Shown: one piece after another, positions 55,401 through 64,000 of the stretch | Position numbering within the stretch: position 1 is the stretch's first letter | How the letters are laid out: each line of letters starts with the position of its first letter | Origin: Strigamia acuminata | Lineage: Eukaryota | DNA length: 64,000 bases | NCBI GenBank assembly: GCA_949358305.1 | Contig: OX442314.1 | Span: forward strand, 28,644,001-28,708,000 | Direction of reading: 5' to 3' | Made by a program: the position numbers and the translations under genes | The notes under the pieces: generated by a model | Told to the model about the DNA's origin: nothing | Databases searched by the model: none | The model's input: only the letters and a program-made list of their open reading frames with translations

Positions 55401-58400
55401 AATGGACATCCCACTTGATCCAGTTGACATTCTGGGGACATCTAGTGGACTGCAAAATAACCCACGTATTAACAACATCCAAATCTATAAAAGATGGAAA
55501 TTCAAAATCATTCTGATCCGAGAATTAAACTAATTAAACTAAAAAATGTAAATTCTAATTGTCGTTGACTGTCCATTCAGTTAAATCCACTTTTGGGCTT
55601 TAGCACTGTACTTGCTGGATAGACTGCAATACCTCTAGACAATCTAAAGGCCAAAACATCATGCGAGAAAATTTGTGTTTTGTGAAAATCAATTGAATAT
55701 TTTTTTGACAGAATAAGGTAATTAAGCAAATTGCTGACTGTTGACTATAGGAAATGAACTAGTGGAAACCTGACATGTGTTTGGATCTTGAAAGTAGAGG
55801 AAAAATGTTTGTATTGTCAATCAAACCTCAAGCCGGCCCCGGCGGGACAGTGGTTGAAGTACCGGCCAATCAGGAATAAATTCTGCTAAGGAACATTGCC
55901 GATGGCGTACCCTTACCCGTAGTTCCTAAATCACAACACAAGACACAACTTTGACAAATAAAAACTGGGGAAAGTGACAGGTGTTGTGAGGGAAGGGATT
56001 TATTGCACTTGGTATCGGGAAATGTCATTCTGATGAGAAACTTTGAGTGATTAGTGATTGGTTGGTGTACAGGTTCAAATATGAAATATTATTGAAAAAA
56101 CACTGTAAGACAAAACAACAACAACAATAATCAAAGGACAAAAACGAATTGCAACAGGACAACAGAAATCCTTATTTTACATCATTTCATATCAAAAATT
56201 CTTTTCTTTTCATTTCTTCCTACTATTACTGGATTTTAAGACTTCTTTTCTGCTTTTTATTCTAATATGGTGTTTAATAGTGAGTATTAAATCTTACCTT
56301 TTCCTTTTTCAATTGTTTTTCTAGTTCGCTTTGATTTTCCTTTAGGTCACCCCAGTCCGGTGGACCACCGTCGTTGCCCCACTTGGTATAACGACGTTTT
56401 TTCAACATGGTACGGAAATCCATTCCACCTTCCTCTGTAGTAGAAATGCAATTTGTATTACAACAAACAAGAATCCTTCATCTTTATTGCATAAAGTCTA
56501 TGCTTAAACTCGCCACTGGCTTTGGGATCACCACATTCCACGCTCGGTATCTTGATGTCAAATTTAAACACACAAGTGAATAGTGATGGGGGCTTCCAAT
56601 TGCGCGCGGGAAAAATATTTTTTTTGCAAATTGCACACTGGGGCGCAATTAGAAGATATACTAAGGGGTTTCATTAAATGAACGATTAGTTGATTACTTT
56701 GATCGACGAATTATCATATTTCAAGATGGCTACGAGCGAAACGATCGACCAATACTTCAATCAAGTTGAAGCCCTCAGAACAAGAAGTGTGTCGTATGGA
56801 GCGGTAATACCGGAGGCCCAAGCAATGTTGCGTGGATGATTACTTTGATTAGTCGATTACTTGATGTGTCATGTGACTGGATTCAACCAATCCCGAGAAT
56901 AATCATTTCATCAAATAAGCAACTAAGCAACTAATCAAGTAATCATCCCAAACCATGATTTTCTGCTAACTTGGGCCGATTATAAGTGCTCTCTCGACTG
57001 AAACCAACATGGTATGAAATATCCAGTAACCGTAAGTAGCACCATGTGTGTGTCTGACCTACCTATTTATCAGGTATTGGTCAGTTTAATTTTGGCACCA
57101 AGATACCAGGCGACGACTATAGATGCACTCATAAAAATGCACTTTTAAGTTTACCGTTCTGTCCATATCTGATATCGAGGAAGTACAATATTGGATTACT
57201 TACCACTAACAAATAATGTTATTTCAGCAGAATCAGACCCATGTATGTTTGAAATGAGCAGTCTGTAGTTTCCTTCATCCGTAGTCCTGGTCTTACGAAT
57301 GCAGAGCGTGACAGTGTTGGTGTCACCTTCAGTCAAGAATTTATATCTGCCTTCGTCCATAATTTCTGTTCCTGCAGTTGAATTGAACCACTGAACAGTT
57401 GGTATTGGATTGCCTTCAACTTGGACAGGAATATAGCCATTTTGTCCTATAACATTCAAACGTGCGCAGTTAGTAATGATGCTCTATCTCCTGATTCCTG
57501 TCATTAAGTTGTACCGTCAGTTGCAGAAACCGTTTCGTCAAACCCAACAATTTGAGCTGGGCAACCTTCTTCAGGAGATGGTTTAAGAGGTGTAGATGGT
57601 TTGTCTATCAGTTCAGCCGCACTGAATGAAATAATTACGTTGAAAGCGAGCATTTTTATATTTGAGGGAATCAGAATGTCCGATGATGTTTCTTTCGTGC
57701 GGGACGTGCTTAAATACAAGTGCAAAAGTCAAACATAGCACATTAATAGATTTCCCGCTCTTTTGTGGCATTTCTTACAAACAGATATCGGAACGGGCCG
57801 TACGCGTAACAATATGTAAACAACTAATGCTCATAATTATACTCTGAATATAGACATTGACATTCCAACATTTAAGCTGTTCCACTGTTAAGTACGGTAT
57901 ACTCTTTCCAGGCCGGACAATGGTCCGAATACGTTTGTTGTACGCAACCTACCGTATACCGTACCAAAGTTAAATTCCCTCTCCCATCTAGACAGCCTGT
58001 TAAGCCAGACAACTTTCTGGGACCGGTCCTATGTCCGAGCAACACAAAGTACAGTGTACTTCCTTCCTTTTCTGATTCCCTCTGGTAAATTGGAAAACCT
58101 GCGGTAGTTTTACCTAAGTCTGCGTGTGTCAACACTTCCTCTTCTCTGTTGAACCATAAGAGAGATTTAAAAAAAAAATATTGTAATTAGTATTTTTAAA
58201 GTTTACCATATTTAGAAAATCTACTCTTAACTATTCTATATAAATTTCACTGATATAACAAGTAAACTAGAAACAGAAACCAAACAAAAATGATAAACAG
58301 ATCTAAAAACAGACGATTTCTATGATGATAATAAACTGGAAATCACACTGGACACTAATTTATAACCTAATTGAAAAACTATTCATCTAGAACAATATTA

Positions 58401-61400
58401 AAACAGTTTGATACAAATTATCACCCACAAATCTAAATATCAAGTGGACACACACGATTACATGTCTATACTGCGTGGTGGCCACTAACCTTTTCTCCTT
58501 CAGCGCCTAAAAGTTTGCCCTTAAAGTAAAAATCAGGGTTTTGATAAGTGTTAGTGCAAAAATATTGATAAAATCCAAAATTTAACTACACTACAATATT
58601 CTACAGTTAACGTCTGGAACTTCAAAATCCAGATGTATGGAGTCCATGGCTCCATATTTTTATGCAGTCCTACTAACTGCATTCCAAAAGTCAGTCTAAA
58701 ATTGCCATTAAACATCTTTTGCTGTTCAAATGCTATGCGCACGTCCACTGCGACTGAAAGCTACTGAACCAGCCGCAGTTTTTTAAGCGACGGTACATCG
58801 AAACAACCCCAGGGCTGGACTGGGTACAAATTTAGTATCGAGAAATATGGATGGGTCGGACCAACGACAGGCCATGGTGAGACCGCCACGGAAATTCCCG
58901 GTAGGCCACCAGGCTAGTTCAGCACTGAACAACCCTCAGTCGAATTAAATAAAACTAAACTCTATTCCGAAAAGTACTTGAAATACTCCCATTGGTTGAG
59001 AGATTCACATTGCGGATGACTACAATCACATGACTGAGTCAACCAATCCTGGTGCGTCACTGTTGTCTATTCGGTTACCCGGCACCAGTTGCAGCAGGGG
59101 GTACGACAATCAGAATCTGCGTGTCAGAAATTCGAATCTTCCATAGGATTCGGATGGGATTCGGTTGGGATTCGGAAAGATTTACAGTGCGCGCCAAAAA
59201 GATGAGTGCACCCCATTTTGCCTTCATTTTTCAGCAATGCGCGCGTGTTGAGTGTTGAAATTTTAAACAAAGGTGCAAAATCATAACAAAATAAACTGCT
59301 GAAACAATTGGAGCGATTGAGAAACAAACAAAAAATTTATTACAAAAAAATGAAAATAGAGGTGCGACAAAATGATAAGTGCACTACAATCAAACTTCAA
59401 CAATAAGCAAAATAGTTAAGGCAATCAACTTGCGTGTGTAGATGGTGATAAATAGGTGATGTTGGATGAAAACTGTCCAAGCAGATTTTGAAATTGACCA
59501 TTTTTAAAGCCTCCACATCACTCTGAACGCCCCGACCCTTAAATTCAGGAAATATGGAATTTTATTGTAATAATGAATTTCTGAAAACACTTTTTAGACT
59601 AGTTGAGGGTTCCTGATTCATAATTTCATAATATTTTTTATGTTGGGACTCAATTTCTGTACTAAAACACAACTTGAATGGAAAAGTTGCACACTGACTG
59701 GAGCCAAATGACAGAATTATGCTTTTGTAACCAGTGCTAGGCTAGCAGCAGGCTTAATTTCTAATAGAATACAGGTTTCCTGCTCATCTTATACTACTTT
59801 TATGTGGCTTAAAAATTTACAGGACTCAGCACACTGCCTGCAAAGAATCATAAAAATTGCCCATTTGATTATAGCAAGAAAACAGAAGGTTTTAGGTGCA
59901 TTAATGAACTCTGTCGTGGTTTTGGATGAAAAAAAAACTCAATCTAGATGCATTGAGAAGTGATTGGCATCCCAAACCACGACATGAGTTTATTAATGCA
60001 CCTAAAACCTTCTGTTTTCTTGCTATAATCAAATGGGCAATTTTTATGATTCTTTGCAGGCAGTGTGCTGAGTCCTGTCAGTGTGCAACTTTTCCATTCA
60101 AGTTGTGTTTTAGTACAGAAATTGAGTCCCAACATAAAAAATATTATGAAATTATGAATCAGGAACCCTCAACTAGTCTAAAAAGTGTTTTCAGAAATTC
60201 ATTATTACAATAAAATTCCATATTTCCTGAATTTAAGGGTCGGGGCGTTCAGAGTGATGTGGAGGCTTTAAAAATGGTCAATTTCAAAATCTGCTTGGAC
60301 AGTTTTCATCCAACATCACCTATTTATCACCATCTACACACGCAAGTTGATTGCCTTAACTATTTTGCTTATTGTTGAAGTTTGATTGTAGTGCACTTAT
60401 CATTTTGTCGCACCTCTATTTTCATTTTTTTGTAATAAATTTTTTGTTTGTTTCTCAATCGCTCCAATTGTTTCAGCAGTTTATTTTGTTATGATTTTGC
60501 ACCTTTGTTTAAAATTTCAACACTCAACACGCGCGCATTGCTGAAAAATGAAGGCAAAATGGGGTGCACTCATCTTTTTGGCGCGCACTGTAGATGATTA
60601 TTTTAATAAAAAAATCAAAAATATTTTAACTTCTGTCCAATATTCGACAAAAAATTCAAAATTTTTATAAAATGTAAATATTCGAGATTCGGAGATTCGG
60701 GGATCTGGAACGGGATTCGAAAGCCCATGTCAGAGATTCGGTTGAATGTCGTACCCCCTGGATTGCAGCTTATGCTGACATATTTTTAATCTTACACCAA
60801 TCAAATTAAATTGTAATTTATATAGTATTTGTTACAATGTCACCCAATTTACAACAATAAATATATTACCTGTCTGAAATCCACCACCTCTCCAGGTCTC
60901 AGTTTCTTAGTTTTTCCTTCTGGGTCTACCATTAATCCTTTCTGTAAATCAAACAATGAATTTACAGCCTATGCAATTAGAAAACAATGTACTCAAACTA
61001 ACCTCATCAGCAACTACAATAGATGGTCTTCTGCCAGCACCTGAACCTCTTCTTGATCCAGGTTCCGGAGACTTTTCTTTAGCAATTTCAATTGATGGAA
61101 TTTCAGGTAAAGAATCCTTCTTCTTCGGTGTTTTGACTAAAGACTTCTTCCTTTCCTCCTCTTTTTTCTTGGGAGGCTCAATAATCTGTGGCGTTACTAT
61201 TTCAGGAGTCTTTATTTCAGGTATCTTCAATTCAGGTGTCTTTAACTCAGGAGCCTTTAAGCCTACTTTAGCCGGTTCAGCCTTCTTTTCTTCTGCTTTT
61301 TTTTCTTCTGGTTTCTTCTTAAGAGCTGCTTTCATATCAGCTAATTCATCCACTATGAATTCATCCTTTTTCTTTCCTTTCACTTCTGCTTTCTTCTCTT

Positions 61401-63970
61401 CGGGTTTCTTCACTTCGGGTTTCTTTTCTTCGGGTTTCTTCACCTCTGGTTTCTTCTCTTCGGGTTTCTTCTCTTCGGGTTTCTTCACCTCTGGTTTCTT
61501 CTCTTCTGGTTTCTTCTCTTCAGGTTTCTTTTTCTCAGGCTCCTTCTTTTCTTCTTTCACTGTCAGCTCTGCAGAGGATGTGTCTTTACCAAATTCATTG
61601 GTAATTTCAATGGAGTATGTGCCAACCATTTCGATAGTTGTTTTTTTCATGATCAGTCTTGCAGTTAAGCCATCAAAAGATGATTTTATATTTGTAGTCT
61701 CTCTTATGACTTTAGAATTCCTAGTCCATTCTATTTTTACAGTTCGATCGCTCTTCGTTAACTTGCAAACGAATTCAACATCCTCACCCACATTAACAGA
61801 AATGGAGATAAGTCCTTGACCAATCTTTGGCTTGTCACCCTTTTTCCTATTTAAAAAGTATAACGACCAATTAGAAAGTTGAACCAATGATTGCAGAATC
61901 TGACTATAAAAAAAGCTAATTTTTAAATGTTTAACAGAATGCCTGTGAGAGGAATTAGGCACAAATTAAACCAATTAAGCTTCTCCTATTGGAAGCAATT
62001 AATCTGTTTTTTTAAATTGGGACATTTTTGCATTCCGAGAAAGTTTTTCCATTGGGCCATGTAAGCCAAGATCTATGGAAAAACTTTCTTGAGGACCCAA
62101 CCTTGCATTTGCATCGAAACCCAGAAAAACTACAGAAAACCCCATTGCAGAAACATCACAAAAGGATGGCAATCAACTGGGATTCCCAGCAATATCACTC
62201 ATCCAAGTACTGACTAGGCCCAATGCTGTTTAATTTCTGTGTTCTAATGTACGAATGAATTCTTCGATTACGCTGTTTTTGCCCACTCTGGGTCTAATAG
62301 TTAATAAATTTCATCTTTTTTACGATGGAAACTTACTTTTCTTCCTGCTTCTCTTCTGTAAAATGAAATACAACAATTTAATAAACTCTACCAACCCCCA
62401 TATAAATTTAGTTACCGATTATTTCGTGAAACTCTACGGTCTGGGATATGGCTTCGCCTTTTTCGTTCTTCGCTATCAATTTATACGTGCCCTTATCCTC
62501 ATTCGAGGGCATCTCAATCTCCAATTGAATCTGAAACTCTCCCCTTTTGACCTCCTTGATATGTATAAAGTGTTTTCTGTCTTCACGGACAATTTGTTGT
62601 TCGCGGTACCAAATTGCTTCTGGTTTCATCGGCGATGTAACGATGCACTCGATAATAACCGATTTCTTCTTTTCCACTTTGATAATCTTAGGTTTCTCGC
62701 GTACCACCGGTATCTCTAAAATATTGAAAATTGATAATCAATTACAGCTTGCGGTATGCTAGCAACAGCTATTTTCAAACCTTCAATATTCAACGTGAGG
62801 TTAGCATTCAGTTCGCCCAACTCATTCTTGACATTACATTTGAATAGTCCACCATCGGCTTTCATTGGATCCTTTAAAATAATCTGATAAATGTAAATTT
62901 CTTCGCTCTCTTGTTTGAAGCTCATCGACAATTTTGAAGTTTCTTTGATGGGCTTTCCGTCCTTAGTCCACACATGGGTCGGTTTAGGCTTAGCACGAAC
63001 TCTGCATTCAAGAACAACCCTCTTGCCATTATCTTCGGATATGATTTTGGGCTTTTCGACAAAGGTGGGTGCTGTGCCTTCAGGTTTGGCTTCACCTTCG
63101 ATATTAAGATTTAGATTCGCATTGGTTTCGCCGTACATGTTTTTAACATTGCATCGGTAAGTTCCACCGTCAGAACCAGAAGGGTCCTATAAAAACAAAG
63201 CAAAATGTTATCCCGAGCAAGTAGACCATCAAAACAACATTATGGCAGTGCTAAAATAAAGAAAAGAAGCCGGCTGCTCCGGGCTGGACTGAGTACAAAT
63301 TTAGTAGCGGGAAATCTGGATGGGTTGGGCCACAGGGACAGGCTACGATGAGCCAGGGAGAGTCCACAGTGGGCCCGCCACGAGCCACCAGGCCACAGGC
63401 CACTGCAAGCTGCTTGCGTCCAAAAATTCTTGATGTTGACGCCAATTCCTGCTTCAACACCAAGTTGAAGTAGCGACGCAATGCAAGGAAAGGTCTTCCG
63501 GCCAATGCAAACAAGCCGCCAATTTCGGATTCTGGAACTAGTTCTAGAACTAGATGCAATTCCAGGTTTCATTGAAACCATCTGATTGGCCAGACGCAAA
63601 ATCAATTGTTTCAGCTCTGTTCACACGTGCCCTACAGTGTGAACAGATTCTGCGTTGCGTTTGACTAATTTTTCCTTGCATTGCGTCTCGTGTGAACACA
63701 AGTGTAAACCTAGCTTTAGCAAACTGACACAAGACTAGGCCTGGAATAGTATTACCTTAATTTCCATGACAACAGTGTAACTATCACCACTGGGTGTAAT
63801 GGTAGTTTTTATTCTAGTAGACGCTCTGACCACAGTTGTTCCCTTGTACCACGTCACTTCTGGTGCAGGTTTAGAATTCACTTGACATTCCATCATAACC
63901 AAAGCTCCATTATCCTTTGGAATGATTTTTGGTTTGCCAATAAATGTTGGGGCTACACCTTCATCTCCGC
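7632..63970 (-). CDS. bt: Projectin/twitchin giant muscle protein (Ig/Fn3 repeats, PEVK region, Ser/Thr kinase); spliced gene, 5'-partial
   Basis: 83 minus-strand exons with GT-AG boundaries join in frame and end at TGA (7632-7634, ...FSLNVFTQDDI*). Domain count in window is 35 Ig, 39 Fn3 and a kinase, in the order known for insect projectin (bent), the orthologue of nematode unc-22 twitchin. Confidence 0.97.
8775..8954. repeat. About 82-bp tandem duplication (2 copies plus partial), probably MITE-derived
   Basis: ccccgggccccaaattactgtactttcc...cctacatttgt at 8775 and 8857. Confidence 0.8.
10354..12773 (-). CDS. bt: Twitchin/projectin kinase (CAMK/MLCK-like) with N-terminal linker and C-terminal regulatory tail
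   Basis: Exons 12711-12773, 12161-12254, 11902-12105, 11706-11847, 11324-11523, 11104-11256, 10916-11039, 10354-10456; intact GTGAFG, AAK, HLDIKPEN, DFG, APE and DMWAVG motifs. Confidence 0.96.
10559..10830. repeat. Intronic satellite, about 20-21-bp unit
   Basis: (aaatttctgcatttttcaaca)n. Confidence 0.85.
12296..12683. repeat. Intronic satellite, 21-bp unit
   Basis: (atgcatttttacacaggaaaa)n grading into (atgcatttttacacataaaca)n. Confidence 0.92.
12835..22247 (-). CDS. bt: Projectin intermediate region (Fn3x3-Ig-Fn3x2-Ig-Fn3x3-Ig2-Fn3x2-Ig2-Fn3)
   Basis: Exons 21948-22247, 21594-21893, 20645-21532, 20452-20579, 19860-20034, 19671-19789, 19444-19609, 19231-19373, 18297-18456, 17629-18234, 17001-17285, 16493-16944, 15654-15783, 14260-14847, 13229-13516, 12835-13161. 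Confidence 0.95.
13950..14050. repeat. Intronic satellite, 21-bp unit
   Basis: (aaagtctaaaaagtgctttga)n. Confidence 0.85.
14885..15316. mobile_element. piggyBac-like MITE
   Basis: TTAA|cccttccaaccc...gggttggaaggg|TTAA. Confidence 0.85.
15795..15905. repeat. (AAAT)n-based microsatellite
   Basis: aaataaataaataaataatt repeats. Confidence 0.9.
15937..16430. mobile_element. MITE, PIF/Harbinger-like (3-bp TSD)
   Basis: TIRs agagagtttgcgggatgcatttttcc / ggaaaaatgcatcccgcaaactctct; ATT on both flanks. Confidence 0.8.
17359..17477. repeat. 20-bp tandem repeat (about 4 copies) within short inverted repeats
   Basis: (gatgcttcactgcaaagcga)n flanked by aaatcgcatcg / cgatgcgattt. Confidence 0.7.
18668..19021. 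repeat. Intronic satellite, 20-bp unit
   Basis: (tgctaattttacttaaaaat)n. Confidence 0.92.
22311..34386 (-). CDS. bt: Projectin core, Fn3-Fn3-Ig modules 9-14
   Basis: Exons 34087-34386, 33721-34023, 32064-32645, 30268-30567, 29929-30210, 29014-29319, 28593-28892, 28242-28523, 27386-27685, 27021-27323, 25759-26340, 24907-25209, 24462-24846, 23826-24031, 23299-23759, 22311-22440. Confidence 0.95.
22570..23275. repeat. Intronic satellite, 28-40-bp units
   Basis: (aaaattcaaaatttgaattctcaacaaga)n and a longer variant. Confidence 0.9.
24047..24437. repeat. Intronic satellite, 9-10/19-bp unit
   Basis: (aaaaatcataaaaagtcat)n. Confidence 0.9.
25270..25705. repeat. Intronic satellite, about 20-bp unit
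   Basis: (aaaaattagcattttagacc)n. Confidence 0.9.
26352..27000. repeat. Intronic satellite, 19-20-bp unit with palindromic core
   Basis: (aaaaaatcgattaatatcg)n. Confidence 0.92.
27738..28150. repeat. Intronic satellite, 20-bp unit
   Basis: (aatttcgaccatttttaacc)n. Confidence 0.92.
29440..29912. repeat. Intronic satellite, 20-21-bp unit
   Basis: (tatcgatttttactcattaa)n and variants. Confidence 0.88.
30750..31885. repeat. Intronic satellite, 20-bp unit, about 1.1 kb
   Basis: (aaagtaacgttaattcgaga)n with higher-order variant blocks. Confidence 0.95.
32690..33700. repeat. Intronic compound satellite, about 27-31-bp units
   Basis: Units built on aaatttgaatt (e.g. aaatttgaattctaacaaatgtaaattcc). 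Confidence 0.88.
34410..34613. repeat. (AAT)n microsatellite, about 200 bp
   Basis: Long aataataat run. Confidence 0.95.
34653..48060 (-). CDS. bt: Projectin core, Fn3-Fn3-Ig modules 1-8
   Basis: Exons 47761-48060, 47396-47701, 46689-46973, 46306-46611, 45951-46253, 45160-45438, 43967-44569, 42532-43113, 42164-42466, 41384-41665, 41026-41325, 40657-40956, 40016-40597, 39648-39950, 38102-38986, 36530-37111, 35325-35627, 34653-34934; repeated W..P.DDGG...Y.FRV.A.N..G motifs. Confidence 0.95.
34989..35309. mobile_element. pogo/Tc1-mariner-type MITE
   Basis: TA|ccgtactgcctcgatttaacgccgg...ccggcgttaaatcgaggcagtacgg|TA. Confidence 0.85.
35790..36322. repeat. Intronic satellite, 20-bp unit
   Basis: (atttactgatttattttaag)n. 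Confidence 0.93.
37185..38030. repeat. Intronic compound satellite, 10/20/about 60-bp periods
   Basis: aaaaatcagc-type decamers; (aaaaatcattaaaaagcagc)n. Confidence 0.88.
39042..39617. mobile_element. pogo/Tc1-mariner-type MITE containing a 20-bp satellite
   Basis: TA|ccgtattttac...gtaaaatacgg|TA; internal (aatttcacttttttcattaa)n at about 39128-39480. Confidence 0.75.
41742..42116. repeat. Intronic satellite, 21-bp unit
   Basis: (aaaaatcgcaattttctgctt)n. Confidence 0.93.
43356..43640. repeat. Intronic satellite, 21-bp unit (same family as 41742-42116)
   Basis: (aaaaatcgcaattttctgcct)n. Confidence 0.9.
44715..45140. repeat. Intronic satellite, perfect 30-bp unit (about 14 copies)
   Basis: (aattttgaattttttagaattttaaaaact)n. 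Confidence 0.95.
47050..47356. repeat. Intronic satellite, 10-11/21-22-bp unit
   Basis: (aaattttgtcaaaaaattgtct)n. Confidence 0.9.
48433..48873. mobile_element. MITE, PIF/Harbinger-like (3-bp TSD)
   Basis: TIRs aggcgcgttcaatataaaatggatttc / gaaatccattttatattgaacgcacct; ATT flanks. Confidence 0.8.
48965..52112 (-). CDS. bt: Projectin tandem Ig tract, 5 Ig (exons 51842-52112, 51635-51774, 50793-50937, 50561-50706, 50368-50492, 49457-49595, 48965-49392)
   Basis: Ig motifs (DSGKYSVEC, DDSGIYY, DEGNWTC, DDEGEYRC); GT-AG sites in consistent phase. Confidence 0.92.
49757..50260. repeat. Intronic satellite, 20-bp unit
   Basis: (tttatcaaaaatttctcgaa)n. Confidence 0.93.
51046..51448. mobile_element. 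MITE with imperfect long TIRs
   Basis: tggaaacacaagggagcggataaaatt...aagcttgct / agcaagctt...aattttaaccgctctcttgtgtttcca. Confidence 0.7.
53470..53568 (-). CDS. bt: Candidate alternative exon B, 99 nt: NFDLRRPSTDRRQSLADIIPDWPTLQKVIREQE (twitchin D1-like phosphosite)
   Basis: actaac...gattttag|AAT...GAG|gttcgg; phase 0-0; resembles the molluscan twitchin D1 PKA-site peptide RRPSLVDVIPDWP as I recall it. Confidence 0.88.
54397..54411 (-). CDS. bt: Candidate 15-nt microexon (YDPVK)
   Basis: tgttttgctttgtacag|TATGACCCAGTTAAG|gtgagg; strong acceptor and donor, phase 0-0. Confidence 0.5.
54703..55104. mobile_element. piggyBac-like MITE
   Basis: TTAA|ccttcccatagcca...tggctatgggaagg|TTAA. Confidence 0.82.
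55827..55925 (-). CDS. bt: Candidate alternative exon A, 99 nt: ELRVRVRHRQCSLAEFIPDWPVLQPLSRRGRLE
   Basis: gtgatttag|GAA...GAG|gtttga; phase 0-0, open frame; shares SLA-[ED]-x-IPDWP-x-LQ with exon 53470-53568. Confidence 0.8.
56298..60941 (-). CDS. bt: End of PEVK region, next Ig domain and linker (exons 60870-60941, 58114-58145, 57515-57621, 57204-57446, 56298-56434)
   Basis: In-frame join KGLMVDPEGKTKKLRPGEVVDFRQ|RRGSVDTRRLS|AAELIDKPSTPL...|GQNGYIPVQVEGNP...|EGGMDFRTMLKKRRYTKWG...DWGDLKE; canonical splice sites. Confidence 0.88.
58490..58519 (-). CDS. bt: Candidate 30-nt cassette microexon (GKLLGAEGEK)
   Basis: ctgatttttactttaag|GGCAAA...GAAAAG|gttagt; phase 0-0, no stop; ACTAAC at 58550-58555 upstream. 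Confidence 0.55.
58810..58927. mobile_element. hAT-type mini-MITE
   Basis: Perfect 8-bp TSD aacaaccc; TIRs cagggctggactgg / ctagttcagcactg; related copy at about 63281-63355. Confidence 0.8.
59095..60760. mobile_element. hAT-like MITE hosting a nested foldback element
   Basis: TIRs cagggggtacgacaatca / tgaatgtcgtaccccctg (17/18 match); degenerate 8-bp TSD agttgcag / gattgcag; internal ggattcg repeats on both sides. Confidence 0.7.
59185..60590. mobile_element. Tc1-like foldback (palindromic) element, about 1.4 kb
   Basis: TA|cagtgcgcgccaaaaagatgagtgcacccc...ggggtgcactcatctttttggcgcgcactg|TA; arms near-identical up to a centre near 59945; left arm has an extra 122 bp (59699-59820). Confidence 0.92.
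61003..61846 (-). CDS. bt: Projectin Ig domain plus PEVK-like elastic region
   Basis: ORF 60949-61962 trimmed to splice sites: an Ig domain, then KKPEE/KKPEV pentapeptide repeats and RRGS/RRPS motifs. Confidence 0.93.
62337..63970 (-). CDS. bt: Projectin N-terminal Ig domains (exons 63756-63970, 62781-63186, 62416-62715, 19-nt microexon 62337-62355)
   Basis: I-set Ig motifs (APTFIGKPKI...MECQV..KP.P.VTWY; DGGTYRCNVKN). The 19-nt exon (cag|AAGAGAAGCAGGAAGAAAA|gtaagt) is needed to bridge phase 1 to phase 2. Confidence 0.92.
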
Positions 63971-64000
63971 CTACAATTTCACATAATATCAATTACATCT

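Noticed and set aside
55917..55925. 9-nt microexon ELR using the internal GTAAGG donor
   Set aside because: The frame continues into the conserved IPDWP motif, so the 99-nt exon is the better model. The internal donor may be a minor alternative.

Overview
Eukaryotic, AT-rich genomic DNA, most likely arthropod. About 56 kb (7632 to beyond 64000, minus strand) is one intron-rich gene for the giant muscle protein projectin/twitchin (bent/unc-22 family). I traced 83 frame-consistent GT-AG coding exons plus 4 candidate cassette exons. The order is: last 4 N-terminal Ig, PEVK region, 6 Ig, 14 Fn3-Fn3-Ig modules, an intermediate region, an intact kinase, and 5 C-terminal Ig. The 39 Fn3 domains match insect projectin. 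The 5' end lies outside the window. The left 7 kb holds the last exon of a plus-strand DEG/ENaC (pickpocket-like) gene, a deleted P-element-type transposon (31-bp TIRs, 8-bp TSD) and several MITEs. Notable points: (1) two paralogous 99-nt exons missed by the ORF track encode alternative versions of the twitchin D1-like phosphosite peptide (S-L-A-[DE]-x-I-P-D-W-P-x-L-Q), in an intron carrying clustered TGCATG and ACTAAC motifs; (2) most long introns from 10 to 50 kb carry their own 20/21/30-bp A-tract satellite; (3) a mirror-image C/A versus G/T strand skew flanks those satellites; (4) a 1.4-kb near-perfect palindrome is nested in an intron of the alternatively spliced region; (5) the 3' UTR appears to contain an intron. 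All coordinates were read by eye and repeat limits are approximate.
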